A stretch of 64,000 nt of DNA from Oikopleura dioica (GCA_907165135.1 OU015567.1:15748001-15812000); one strand, 5' to 3'; counted from the first letter of the stretch, positions 1 through 13,309 are shown. The notes: generated from the sequence alone by a model not told the origin. Made by a program: numbers and translations.

Positions 1-10
1 AATTATTGAG

Positions 11-789
11 TTGAGGCTGGAAAATCGAAAAAATTCTACTGAGCGCGATCTGGCGAGAAAAGAGAATAAACAGCTACGAAGAGAAATTGCAGATTTGAAA
101 CGAGAAGTAGAAAAGCTCAACAATAATGTTCATGAAGTCAAAGGAATAAACCAGAAGCTCAATGACGATCTCAAAAATAAGAAAGAGAGAAAAGAACTCG
201 AGCAAAAGATGGAAGCTGATCGAAAAGAAATTATTCGCTCTTTTGGAAAAAAATCTCTCTTTTCGAAGACGGATATTCCTGATATGAATGGACTTGGGCA
301 TTTTTACGGGGACGACTCTTACAAAGTCCGAAATGCACATGACGAGACTGCAGTGCGAAGAGTGATGAGAGCAATGGCGGCTGGTTTGAAGGAGTTCAAT
401 TTGAAGGACTTGGATAAAATCGCATTTTTTAGTTTTTTTTTATTTTTGTTTCGACGCAATTTTCATCCAAAGTAAAGCTTGGAGAATTTCGAAATATAGA
501 AGTGTCGGAAGCTGGATGGAAAATCCGACATCAATCGTGGCGCAGAGACTACGGCGGCGACAGAGAATTCTGGAAACTGTGGATTCTTTTCAACGGTATT
601 GATTGTTGAATTTGAGATTTTTATTTTTTAGGAAAACGCGTCGACTTTCAAGCCGACGCGGACGATATTGGCGGTGTAACTGGGAAGATCTACATCTCGG
701 CGAAGAAGTTGACGCCGGATCAAGACGGAATGGTAAAACTCAAGGGAACTGGAGGATATGTCCGGTGGAATATAGGCTATATTATATAG
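11..789 (+). CDS. 3' part (coiled coil + C-terminal domain) of kinase-family paralog K1; 5' end lies outside the window
   Basis: ORF 11-475, then predicted introns 422-477 (GC-AG) and 596-631 (GT-AG, 36 nt), giving ...LGEFRNIEVSEAGWKIRHQSWRRDYGGDREFWKLWILFNGKRVDFQADADDIGGVTGKIYISAKKLTPDQDGMVKLKGTGGYVRWNIGYII*. Aligns with the paralogs at 30838-42147 and 43646-46741. Confidence 0.75.
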
Positions 790-812
790 CGATTCGAAAA
801 TAATATTGTATA

Positions 813-947
813 CAATGGTGTGTGGAGTTGCTGCACCCCTGACCCGCACTTTTTCTATTTTTTTCTTCTAGAAGTAGCAAAAGTGAGTGCTGCGTTTCTG
901 CACCTTTTACCCGCAATCTAGGGGTGCAGCAACTCCACACACCACTG
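813..947. mobile_element. Tc1/mariner-like MITE (135 bp)
   Basis: TIRs CAATGGTGTGTGGAGTTGCTGCACCCCT / AGGGGTGCAGCAACTCCACACACCACTG, flanked by TA on both sides. Confidence 0.7.
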
Positions 948-2142
948 TATATTATGATTGAAAAATAAATCTGAATAAAAGCGAAAAAAATTGTTGTCAT
1001 ATACTCTCTTCCCAAAAAAATTGATACCTTAAAATTTTTATTCTTGCTTATATATAAAAAATCTCTCGAATAATGGTAATTACGCTTGAAACTCTTTGGC
1101 CGAGTATTTCAGTCTCAAAATGGAACTCTTGTGGCTCTCGGATGAGCCGGATGAACCGCCAACCGCAGGAGCTTACTATTCGCCAAAGTGCCGCTTTTTT
1201 GTTCAGAATCCGAGTTTATGAAGTAACCTCTCGCCACAGATTATACCCGCTCAAAACCCACCCTCTTTCCCGTTTTTATCCTGCCAATTTTTGACAAAGA
1301 AAACAGTTTGAAACCTGACCTCAGAAGCCTGTGTAAAAACCTGAGTCAGGATTTGAAAGGACAAAGGAAAAGCCGCAAAGCGGCTTTTCTCATTCGAAAC
1401 CGCTCTGTATAAGAGCCATTTTGTTGTAATAATTTTGGCAAAGCCGCTTCGCGGCCTCGATTAAAAAAGCCGCTGCGCGGCTTTTCATTTTAGTTCTTTC
1501 AGAACCTGACTCAGGATCTCCACACAGGTTTTCGAGCCAAATTTGAAACAGTCTTTCCAAAACCGTTTTTTTAGAAACAAACAAGTTCGATTTTCGAGCC
1601 GATTCTAGTTTCCAGAGGTGTGCTGATCCAGTTGACCCAGGCCTTCTAAATTCGTCTCAGTTGCTCGCTTCGCAGTGTTAACGCGCCCGTGTCCCGTAAT
1701 TACGTCTCCTCCAAATCTACGCGAAATTGGTAGCTCCCTTAAGCATCCCTTGACTCAGCCCTCTTTCCCAGCATTTTTTTCAAGCTTCAATTTACAAATT
1801 CTTCAAAAAAATGCAAAAAAAAAAGTTCAAAAAAAATTCCGAAAATTTCAAAAATTTTCATTTTTTGACAAAAAAAGTCGTAAAAATCACGTTCTAGCGA
1901 GTTATGAAGAAAAAACAGAAAAGATTATTTTTGCTCAGATTACTGCGATAAAGCTGACGTATCTTATCGCCTTCTGTAAAACTTGACTTATCTACCCTTT
2001 TCATTATGGCCTTGTGAGATTGTTACGCCTCTTAGAAGTATTTTCCAAAAGCTGGAAATTCTGCGTCTTCTTCATTTTTTTAGCAAAATTAATAGTTTTT
2101 CGATACACTTAATTTTTACCAAGAATTTCGTAAAAAAGACAA

Positions 2143-2318
2143 AAGTGTGATAATACCCTTAATCTCTTGGCTCAATAACCTGTGTAGAAAACCTGAGTCA
2201 GGGTTTGAGGAGCTCGAATTAAAAGCGGCTTCGTTTTTTTCATTTTCGCTCTTCTTATCCTGACTCAGGTTTTCTACACAGGTTACCGAGCCAAAGAATT
2301 AAGGGTATCATCACACTT
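2143..2318. mobile_element. MITE with outer TIR AAGTGTGAT(A/G)ATACCCTTAAT and inner CCTGA(C/G)TCAGG motifs
   Basis: Near-perfect inverted repeat visible across both ends; the inner arms match the window-wide MITE family. Confidence 0.65.
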
Positions 2319-2955
2319 ATTTCAAATTCGAATGTATACGGAAATTTCGGGAAAGCCGCTTTGCGGCTTTATTTTTCATTAAAGCCGCTTCGCGGTTATT
2401 CATAAAAACTCTGGACTCTGACTCAGGTTTTCTACACAGGTTCCTGAGCCTCGATTTGGAATCATTTTAAGGGTGTCGGAAGGAAAAATGACTAAAATAG
2501 CTTTTTTTCTGTCCAATTTTTTTTTGCCCCATTTTTTCTTTACGGTTATTGTAAGCTTATGATTATTGTCGTGATTTGTCTCACATTTTTAGAAAGCCGC
2601 CGCTTCGAAAAAAAAGCGGAACAGGTCCGTCCATAATCGCCCAAGCTGCAACAAACAGGCGCTTTTTACAACTACAAATTGACCCAAACGGTACCAAGGT
2701 GTGACGTGTCCGCTCGAAACTCAATTTGCTATTGAACACGATTCCACAATTCCCCGGCCACGTTTTGGCACACAACAACCGGGAAAATAATTATGACGGG
2801 GCGAGACTGTGTGACGGTCAACCTCTGACACTTCCATCAGTTTTGATATTTATCCAACCGACTGCTGCTTTATTGACTCTCCACAACCAGCCCAGAAAAA
2901 GTTCATCACTTTTTTTTCATTTTGGAAATTATCGATTTTTAAATTGAAAAAAACC

Positions 2956-3335
2956 TGTCTTGGCCAAAAACCTGTGTAAAAAACCTGAGTCAGGTATTTG
3001 AAAAAATATTGATAAAAGCCGCTTAGGAGCCTGACTCAGGTCTGGGCTCGGAAACCTGTGTAGGAAACCTGAGTCAGGACTCTGAAAAAGCTTTGCTAAA
3101 AGCCGCGCAGCGGCTCTTTAAAAAATAAAGCCGCGAAAGCTTCTTTTCTGAAAAAGACGCTACGCTTTTGCAAAGCTTTTTCAAAGTCCTGACTCAGGTT
3201 TCCTACAAAGGTTGCCGAGCCAAGACTTGAGTCAGGCTCCTTAAGCGGCTTATATCAATGTTTTTTCAGATACCTGACTCAGGTTTTCTACACATGGTTT
3301 TGAACCAAGACAGACCCAGACCTGAGTCAGGCTCT
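2956..3335. mobile_element. Nested/compound CCTGA(C/G)TCAGG-family MITEs
   Basis: Several AACCTGTGTA-N-AAACCTGAGTCAGG arms in inverted orientation; boundaries approximate. Confidence 0.55.
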
Positions 3336-4011
3336 TAAATGAGTTTTACAAAATTATAGTTTGAAAAAGTTTCAATTTTGAATTTTTTTCGTGAACACTC
3401 AAAAGTGAAAGCTCGAAAGTAAAACGTGTCGAGCTATCCTCTTTCCGGCCTTCTTGGCGCATCAAAGCAAATCCCCCGGCTCAGCAGCTTCATCCTTCTT
3501 TGACTACTTGAGCTGGCCCGTACTCGAGTCAGCCCGGGTGCAAGCAAAATAAGTAGTCATCGCCTTTTCGGCTCCGATTTCAGCCCTTTTTCTAGGCTCG
3601 ACACTCTTATCTCCTCGGCTCCACTTTCAGAACACTATTTGCGGTCAAAAATTTCTGTAAACATCGAAAAACGCCCCTTCTATCAAACCGCGAGGAACAA
3701 ATGATCTTTGCCTCCCAAATTACCGTCCAAAATCACGTGATTTTCAGAAAAAATCATTTTCGAAGAAAAAAGTAACCGAATTCTCGCTTTTGATGTTTCG
3801 TAAAAAATGATGCGATTTATTAAATCGTTACGGTCAAAAGTGGCATTTGATAATCACGAGTTGAGCCTCACACTTGCCCTATTTATCCCTAGCGAGAATT
3901 CTCATCATCGTAACTTCGCATTTTTCTCGTAACTATTCTGTGATGGAAATAATTGATTTCTGGGAATTTGATTTGTTCTTTCTTTGACTTTTTCGTGCAA
4001 ATAGACGATTA

Positions 4012-7000
4012 TTCGTCTTGAAATTGAATAACCAATAAGAAACAAGTATTTTGTCTTTGGACCAATCAGCGTTAGAGAACCAGCAAAAGGATTTCCTAGG
4101 CGTGCGCTCGGCAACCTGTGTAGGGTTAGGGTTTTGGCTCTCGAAAACCTGACTGACGATTTTCAATAAGGATTTCTGAGTGAAATTCTTACCCCCCTTT
4201 TTTATTAGCTCATTTGAAAGAGCGTAAAAAGTTATGCCAGATTCCACCGAAAAAGGGTGAAATTTTTGAACTTATGACGTCATAGCACGTGATTGAAGTT
4301 CCAAAAGTACCTTTTCTTCCGGACATCGGCATTTCCGACTACTCTAAGGTAAGCAGGCATGCGATACATGAAAATGATCGTCTTCTCGAGCTCTACATCG
4401 GCGTCTAGGTTTCAACCCTTTTCAACCCTTTTCATCCCTTTTTTTCAACCCTTTTTCCATATATCTATATTTTTGAATGAAAAGTACAGATCTAGGGTAA
4501 ATTGAGGCGTAGATTACGAAAAAAATATCGACATTTACGTTTCATCCCTTTTTTGACCCTTTTCAACCCTTTTTTCAACCATTTATTTTTAAAATTATTA
4601 TTTTTAAATATGCATGCAGCTCTAGGGTAATTTCCTACGTAGATACCGAAAATGATAACGAAATATTCGTATCATCTCATTTTTGAAGCTTTTCAACCTT
4701 TTTTTTCCAAAATTTTCGAAATGCGCGAAATTTTAACTTTGCGCAAATCATAACCAGGTGATTTTCTATTGTCTAATTATTTGTCAAAATGAAATTCGGC
4801 AGAATTAGCAAGCAGTTTATATGATGTACAATCGGCACAAAAATCAGAATCATCGAACAAGCAGCAAAGATTCGGGCAAACGTTGTGGCTGACAGAAAAC
4901 TCGACAAAATCACGTCTGCTCTTCTGGATCTCCTTGCATTTGACCATTCTTATTGAAGACATGCTGGTCTTGATAGGATTCCCTTCGGTGTCTTTCTTTT
5001 GTAGCTTTGTCATCTTGTCGAAAACGCTGTCGTGGATGCGCAAAATTTGGAGGTCAGTTTCCTTCGGCTCATGCGCGAAGTTGATGAAAATCCCATCGTC
5101 CTTGTCTTTGTCCTTCATTTTTTCGTTCAATTTCAGGACATAATCGCTCAGCTCAAGAGTCGGAATGCAAAGACCGTTCATCTCATCCGCGCGCATCGCG
5201 ATCTTAGCCCGCCCGCCAACGGCATCGATGGTAGATTTGCCGTGGCGGGCTTGCTTGAAGACTTTAGTGACGGGCATTCCCCAACCATCGACATCGTTCA
5301 AGTCCGAGAGAACTCTTTGAGATTTATAGTCCTGAATTTGTTTAGACTTGCGCAAAAATATATGCTCTTACCCCAGCCTGATCTGTGAGAAGAATCGAGC
5401 GATGAAATTCATCGAAGATCTTGTTCTCTTTAGCAAACTGAATTGCCATTTGGAAGTGCTTCTTGACGATATGCGGGCCTTTCTTTGCACTTTTGAGTGA
5501 GTCGTTCCTCCAGAGCATCAGAGTTGAGTTGAAACGGATCCGTTCAGACTCGTTATTGTCGGACAAACGATAGCCCCAGAGAATCAGCGTGTGAACAATC
5601 AACTCATCCTTGTCTGCACCGGATCGCAAAGTATTCTAGATTCATTTTAAAACTGCGCAAAATTTTGCGCGCTTTGATTCTCGTCCTTGTTTTATTTTTG
5701 CGCAAAATTTTGAACCGCGCATTATTAAAATGATCAGACTTACAGCTTGTGTTGAAGTTCCACCACTTTTGCCAGCAGAGAATTCGCCAGCGAAGTCTGC
5801 CTCGGCGATAAGAACATCTCTTGGGTGAATTTCTCCCATGCGAAGTTTCGAGCAGAGATGTGCGGAGAGGATCGTTTCCGTTAAATGTGCAAGATCTGCG
5901 CGCGAGAATTTCGCCAGTTCAATAATAAGGCCCTTTAAGTTTGTTAAACTTGTCAACAAGATTAAATTACCTTGGCTGAATACGTTTTTGTTTGTGCAAT
6001 ATCTTTAATAGCTCCTCCATGATGCCTTTTTCGTGCAAGTCTCTCCATAACTTTCGTTTTAAAGACCATCATGTTTTGAGGGCCGTTGTCCTCCATGATA
6101 TCCTTGATTTCCTCGTATTTTTTCAGCGTAGTTGAAAAATCCAGGTTCGAGTCTTCAGAGCAACTGCATTTAAATTCAGCACAGGAAGGGGCGAACACTC
6201 CAAGATCTTGGTAGAGTGGCTGCTTACATCCTTTCGAGGCCATAAGAAAGGTGAGTGTCTCTTCTAGAGTGAGTTTCCTGGTAGTAATTTCAACGTGAAA
6301 AAGGAGATCGGAGACTAAACAAGATTTATACTTCTGCGCAAAATTTTGCGCAAACTTAAAACTCAAACTAATGTAAAAACTTGCGCACTCACCTCTTCCG
6401 CAAATATTGCGCAAGTTATAGCAAGGAGGACAGATGCAGCTGAATTGATCTTTCACTCGTGGCTCCACAAACATCTTCGGAATTAGATTTTTAAAATGAA
6501 ATGCAGAAATCTCCTCTTTGTCTTCAAGAACTCTTCTCTTGTTCATCTCTTCCCAAAGCAGTGTGTATTTTGTGTGACAGAGGCGACGACAAACGCGAAT
6601 TTTTTCTTTTCCATCTTTCATGAACTCTTGTATACCGTAAAGGTTTCGATTTTCCGGACTCAGGAAGACTTTGAAGAAGTTTTCAGATGTATTTGCGCGC
6701 AGTCTGTGCGTAAATGCTTCGTAAACGTCTGTTTCTGGGCTTTCATCAGAGCTAAAGAAGAGGTATTTCAAAATGTAGTGAATGTCCTCGTCTTTAATTT
6801 TGCGCAGGCGACGACCTTCCGGCTCTTCGATGTTATCCAAGTCATAAAGCTGTTTTTCTTTTAGATCCAACGCTTCTGTAAAATGAGCTCGCGTCATAAG
6901 CTGAGGATGGTTTTTCTTTGCGTATTTTTTCGAGATTTTGTTGAAATATGAAATATATTTCCGAACGGTCTCATCTGCGCAACCTCGTAGAAACTCTTCT

Positions 7001-8778
7001 GGCAAGCAAGCTGCTAGAATCTGAATCTTCTCTTTCTTCTTGACGGAATGCCAGTGCTTCGCGATGTGCGCATTGAACGAATTTTCCGGAAGAAAGAGTT
7101 CACGAGCCTCATAGAACACGTTCATTTGATCACTTATTTCGCGCGATGCCTTCTCAACCACTTTTTTCTTTGCGCTTCCCAGATGGCTCATCGTTTCTCC
7201 GAATGATTCTCTTGTTGAATTAAGAATTTCTCTCTCTTCATCTTCATCTGTTGAGTTGTTCGCCGCCGTTTCGACATAGTCCTGACTTGAGCCCGAAGAA
7301 CTTTGAGAAGACGAACTAGTTGAGGAGTTCTGCGTTTCCACGGCGGGTTCAAGAGCTAGAAGAGCAGTTATATTTTTGCGCAAAAATATAGCGTACCGGC
7401 TAGGTTTTCTGTCAATGATTGCTGTGAATCAAGATTTTGCGCATTTCTATAAGCGTCAAAGATGTCTTTTACTTTTGCGCAAAAGAGGTAGTGAAGGAGG
7501 AGGTATCTGTCTTTCTTGAGGTTTTGTTTGCCACAAAAGGAACATGCGTGCCCTTCTTTGTAGTCCTGATGATTCTTCAGAAGTTCTTCATTGATCATCG
7601 ACAAGTCATCAAAGATTTTCTCCGTCATCTCGCATTGATTATAGTGCTCTACAACAGTCGATTTCGAACGACGATCGCTTACTTGTGTTGCCTTGAGAAG
7701 GGGATCGTCGCAAACATGGCATTTCCTTAGAGGTTCCTTTGATTTTTTTATGTCAGGATGACTTATGAATAATTTAAGACTTTCAAAATCATCAAAAGGA
7801 TAATTCATTCTAAATAAAATTCGTTAGAAAAATATTAATGCGCAATTTTTCTCTTCAATTCTCTCTGTTTAAGTTTGAGCAGTTTTTATATCAAAAGAGA
7901 AAAGAAAATAATCAAGTTGTTTACAGGGAGCGCGCGCAGATTTTGGGGTTGGTGTCCAATCAGAATGAAGCAAGATGACAAAAAAGGGAAAAGAAATAAA
8001 ATTGCGCGATTTCAGAGCTCTGAAATATTCTGCGCAGATTTAAAATTTTCCTCGATTCGGCTTTTGCGCGATATCAAATTTGAAATACTGCGCATTCCTA
8101 AAATCTTAAAAAAAGACGGTTGAAAATGCTCAAAAAAGAGATGAAACGAAAATTTCGTTATCATTATCGTTATCAACGCACAAATTTAACCTAGAAACGC
8201 GAGCTAATTTTAAAATATGAATTTTGAAAAAAAGGGTTGAAAAAGGGTTTAAAGGGTCAAAAAAGGGATGATACAAGTATATCGATATTTTAATCGTAAT
8301 CTACGCTCAAAGTTACCCTAGAACTGTAATATTCCTTCAAAAATATAGATATTGAAAAAAAGGATTGAAAAAAGGGTTGAAAAGGGTTGAAACCTAGACG
8401 CCGATGTAGAGCTCGAGAAGACGATCATTTTCATGTATCGCATGCCTGCTTACCTTAGAGTAGTCGGAAATGCCGATGTCCGGAAGAAAAGGTACTTTTG
8501 GAACTTCAATCACGTGCTATGACGTCATAAGTTCAAAAATTTCACCCTTTTTCGGTGGAATCTGGCATAACTTTTTACGCTCTTTCAAATGAGCTAATAA
8601 AAAAGGGGGGTAAGAATTTCACTCAGAAATCCTTATTGAAAATCGTCACTCAGGTTAACCCTAACCCTACACAGGTTTTCGAGCGCAGGCCTAGGAAATC
8701 CTTTTGCTGATTCTCTAACCATGATTGGTCCAAAGACAAAATACTTGTTTCTTATTGGTTATTAAATTTTAAGGCGAA
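4012..8778 (-). mobile_element. Long-TIR DNA transposon, Sola-like, apparently autonomous
   Basis: Inverted repeats about 4012-4680 vs 8140-8778 (near-perfect over about 4150-4430 vs 8375-8650) enclose a multi-exon transposase. No TSD identified; outer ends approximate. Confidence 0.8.
4777..7808 (-). CDS. Transposase, 934 aa predicted, 5 exons (7808-7397, 7355-5971, 5932-5744, 5635-5372, 5331-4777)
   Basis: Four GT-AG introns (41, 38, 108, 40 nt) join the ORFs in frame (2805 nt). Two N-terminal CxxC...HxxxC fingers, CICPPCYN, acidic motifs EADFAGEF and LLTDQAGDYK, and HGKSTIDAVGGRAK. The Sola2/3-type assignment is from motif memory only. Confidence 0.8.
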
Positions 8779-10314
8779 AAACCTGATTGAGGTTAACCCT
8801 AACCCTAATCAGGTTGCTGAGCGCAGGATTTAGCTTTGATTCAGTTTGAAAAAATGAAACTAACAGGGCGTATCTTACAGCAACTGGAGGCGAAAGTAAG
8901 ATGAGCTCTAGAATGTGTGTTACGAATTCCAAATGTAAATGAAGCTACCAAGCACTTGGCTACCGGTCGTCGCAATCTTTCGCTTCCGCCTCGCCAGGAA
9001 ATTGCGCTATCAATTTTTTGGAGTCTTTTACTCGTCTATGACGAGTCCTATTACTGAAGCCGCCAATTTCTTTGCAATTACAGTAATATCCCAAAATGAA
9101 AACTTAACTAAAACTTTTTCGGAAGTCGCTCATACCCACTCAGGACCCTGACTCAGGTTTTCTACATAGATTTTGAGAATTTTTCTATTTTTAAAATTGC
9201 CATTTACGTTCTCCAACCACTTCGAAAAAACACTAAAAAAGAAACTAGCAACGTCAAAAATCCCCTCTAATCAAAATTTTCTCTCTAAACCAACGGCGCG
9301 GGCCACATCAGACGGCGGCGCCAGTTCAATTCAAAATATATTCTGGACGCCGCAAGTTCCAGATCAAAAACACCTGCAATGGGGAGTATGATTTTTATAC
9401 GCTTATAAGTTCATTACCGCATTTTTTAGGCAGCATTTTTCTTAAGAAAAAAAGCTGTCTTTGGCAACCTGTGAAGAAGACCTGAGTCAAGATTTTGGAA
9501 AAGCTCTGATAAAAGCCGCAAAGCGGCTTTTTTAAAATGAAGCCGCAAAGCGGCTTCGCCAAAGTTTAAGAGTAGTTTCAAAGGGGTGCTGTCAGGAACT
9601 GACAAAAAATTTCGACAAATTTTGCGTGGGCGGCTACTCGGCTGCTGATTGGCCGGTTCGCCGAAACCAGCCTCCTGATTGGATAAAATTTCCACGCGAA
9701 ATTTGTCGAAATTTATATGTCGGTTCCAGACACGTCCCCGTTTCAAATGCCATTTTGACGAAGCCGTTTTGCGGCTTTCTTTTCAAAAAAGCCGCTATGC
9801 GGCTTTTATCAGATCTTTTCCAGAACCCTGTCGTAGGTTTTCAACCCCTTTTTACAGATAATCGAGGCCAGAAACTGGTTTTTTAGCCGCAAAAAGGGCT
9901 GTTAAAAAGTCTGAAAAAGGGAACCATTAAACACGATGTTTTTTGGTGGAAGCTTTCGATCAAATCTTGGATTTAATTCTTACCCGTGCTGTGTTCTGAG
10001 AACGTGTCAGACAACGGGTTTGGTCAGATAAAGTTCTAATTTTAGATAATAGAAGTGTCCACTTCTCCCCGCGCGTTAGTTAAGTTACCATAACTTTATG
10101 ACATCGACACTCGCGATTTTCTGATTGTTTTGTCATTTTGCGGGTTTTATTCGAAAGATAATTTCTCGATTTAGAGAACCTCGACTGAAGTGGTATTTTG
10201 ACTACTTGAATAAATCAGAAGTCAGCAAAATGGACTAAGAATTATTAAGGAAAATATAATGTCTAAGGGAAGAAAATGGAGGTTCTTGGAATTTTTGTTG
10301 TTATTTTAGCGACA

Positions 10315-10670
10315 TTTGAAGACATTAACACACATCAATGGACATCGACGACAATTTTAGAATAAAATCAGACATCAAAGGACATCTAGAGACATTCAAT
10401 AGCATCTGAAGACATCTAGGGGCATCTTAATAGCCTGAGGACATTCAGCATGTACATCTTGGGACATTTTTTAAGACATTTAAAGACATGAAAGTACACC
10501 TAGCGAGATTTTGTGACATTTTTAGACGTCAGGGACATCAAGGGACATCTCAAGAAATCCTTCAATATCTAAAGATATTTTACGATATTTGAAGACATCT
10601 AGCTTCGTTTTGAAACATATGAGAACATTTAGCGACATCTCATAACATCTAGCGACATCTACCGATACAT
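10315..10670. repeat. Degenerate short-period repeat built on GACAT
   Basis: Many gacatt/gacatc units at roughly 10-12 nt spacing. Confidence 0.6.
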
Positions 10671-12145
10671 TTTGAGGATTTTTGTTCGCTAAGAGACTTC
10701 AAAAAGAGGCGGACAGCGGTTATAATCGCAGCGGATAACGAAAGCAAACAGTAATCAGTCGTCTTTAATGCCGGACAAAAGCGGACGCGGATTTGTTTTC
10801 GCTCGTGAACTCGCTTTCTAACTTTCATTTTTGCCACAACGAAATTTCGAGAATCAAAAATGTCAAGAAAAATGTCTCTGGAGCCTTTTAAAAGAAGAAA
10901 GGTATTTTCCGTTATTTTGAAAATAAAAAAGAAAAGTAACGGGCTTGTCTCTAAAAATAAAGATAGGTCAGCTAGACCGAAAATATTCGAAAACAATTTT
11001 CTGTTATTTTCAAACTCGTTGGCAGCAAAAAAAGAATGTTTTCATCCCTTTTTTTAAACTGGGTCAAATGAAGGTTCTAATGTAATTTTATTAATCAAAT
11101 TAGCGCTAGAAATGGAATCATTTTTTTGGATAATTTTCCTTGAATGATCGATAATAATCAATAATAAAGAATGAAGAAGAATGTCTTTGTAGAGGTGCAT
11201 TTCAAATGAATACTAATCGAGGGACCGCAAACACGCCGCAAAAGTGTCAATTCTAATGCCAAATGCATAAGAATCTTGAGCCCCATTGCGGTCACCCGAC
11301 AGCTCGCAGGATTTATACCAAAGTTGCTAATGAGCTTCTTTGAAGATCAAAAGAAGAACAAATCCAAGATGCTCAACTAATTGCTCATCGCAAAATTTAA
11401 GGAAGAAAACAGCACGAATATGGATTTTGTCTCCGCTTTTTTAGATATTGACACCCTTATTTTCTTCCCTGGTGGTTTTCTCTTTAAAATCCCAAGATAA
11501 CCCTTTTTAACCGTTTTCAGTGGAAAAAAGCTGACCATAATTTATTCCGCCAACATGAGAAAAAACACCATCTTTGCTTGTGGAAAAAACAAAATGTAAA
11601 TTTGTTGAACGAGTCCAATCTGAGGTCGCAAACATGTTTTTTTCTGGAGAAGATGGTGGTCTGGGAAGATTTATCTTTCCAGAGAAAATGTTTAGCTGGC
11701 TTGGGCTCGTCAAACTTGGAGCGTTGTTTAGAACTATCTCTGGCGCGGGTATTAGAGCTGCTTTGCCTTGCGTTCACAGTAACCCGTAAACATACCTTTT
11801 GATGTGTTCTCCCGCTGTCTTGCTCCGCTGGCACTTTTCAAAAGATTCAAACATCTTCTAAAATAGCCCCTTTCGCTACACAGAAAACTCAAAAAAATGT
11901 GGACTCTGATTCTTTGAGTATTCAATTAATCCTTATCTCCGGCAGCTGTAATTGGTAGCTTCCGGAACTACCGATAAGCGAAAATAAAAATTGTAGTCTA
12001 CAATTTTCATTTTCTACAGAGGGATCTTTCGATAACGAATTTCCCCATCAAGCGCTCTGATTGGTCGATTTAACCGACTTCTGAATTCAATATTTTGACC
12101 AATCAAAATCAAGAAAAATCGCTATTGAAAGGCCCCTCTGTAGAG

Positions 12146-12427
12146 CTGGGCTCTAAAACCTGTGTAAAAACCTGAGTCAGGATTTTGAAAGAATAAAATG
12201 AAAAACCGCTTCGCCAAAATTATCAGAATTTTTTTAACTTTGAATTTCATAGATTTCTTTTAGAATCCTGACTCGGGTTTTTTAGGGAAATGGTCGGACT
12301 CATTACCAATTGGCGAAAAAGTAAAAATAAATTGATAATGGACTACCAAAAATTGGTAATGGGTTACCAAAAATTTTGGTAATGAGTCCGACCGTTCCCG
12401 GTTTTTTACACAGGTTTCCGAGCCCAG
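12146..12427. mobile_element. CTGGGCTC-TIR MITE with 8-bp TSD
   Basis: TSD CTGTAGAG at 12138-12145 and 12428-12435; TIR CTGGGCTC...GAGCCCAG. Confidence 0.8.
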
Positions 12428-13150
12428 CTGTAGAGTTGACATTAAAAATTTCATCAAGAAAGTCATCAATTACGCCAGGAATAAACCATTCCTGCCAAAA
12501 ATGATGATTTCTCAAGATCATCTTCGAGCTCAAATGCAAATCAATATTATAACTTATCGATTTACCGTTTTACAAAATTATTTCAAGAAAAAAAATTGCC
12601 GAAAAAGCGCCGTTCAAGAAAAAATTACATGATGCACTTTGCTTCGAATTCGATTTACGTGATCGGATTAGGCGAAGGATCTTTGATTTTAAACCTTTTC
12701 ACGGGTCAGCCAACGCCTCGGCTTTTTTTAAAGAGACGTTTCGAAATTTAATTTTCTTTGAACGGGCTGTTTGGGAAATATTGATCTGAGGCTGGGTTAA
12801 TTTAAGGCTTGGGGTCACTTTTTTCTCACGCTTTCGATTGAACGTGGTTTATTCCGTAAATGCTGTTCAGAAAATTTTCATAACAAAAGCAAGGAGAAAC
12901 ATGAAGAATAAGAGTTTCTCTTCAGAAGTTACTGGAGAGACACTCTTAGTTTATTCAGCTTAAAAATCGGGCTAATGTGGGACTGCGATTTTTTGTTTGC
13001 GACGAATTTTCATGGAAAATCCATGAGAAAAGTTAGCCAATCAGAGGGCTGTATTCGGCTTACCGGCCAATCAGTGGCCAGTATTTTTTTCCGGAAAATT
13101 TTGTCGCGAACGAAGAGTCGCAGTTTGACACTTTCCTTAAAAAACCTTGT

Positions 13151-13309
13151 CTGGGCTCGGCAACCTGTGTAGAAAACCTGTGACAGGCTTTCAAAGAGCT
13201 TTAATGAAAAGCCGCGTAGCGGCTCGTTTATGAAAAAGCCGCTACGTGGCTTTTCATTTTAGCTCTTTCAGATCTCCTCTTATGTTTTCTCCACAGGTTG
13301 CCGAGTGCA
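13151..13309. mobile_element. CTGGGCTCGG-family MITE
   Basis: CTGGGCTCGGCAACCTGTG ... CACAGGTTGCCGAG arms with internal AAAGCCGC-N3-GCGGCT hairpins. Confidence 0.65.

Noticed and set aside
603-803. ORFs beginning MLNLRFLFFRK (also 30824-31024 and 46558-46797) as separate small genes
   Set aside because: They start inside a 36-nt intron, and synonymous changes favour the KRVDFQ frame of the kinase family's last exon.
4883-7730. Plus-strand ORFs opposite the transposase
   Set aside because: Antisense shadows with no recognisable motifs; the same applies to ORFs antisense to gag, pol and env.
8655-8812. Telomeric TTAGGG/CCCTAA repeats
   Set aside because: Only two units at a time and embedded in TIR/MITE arms, so not an interstitial telomere array.
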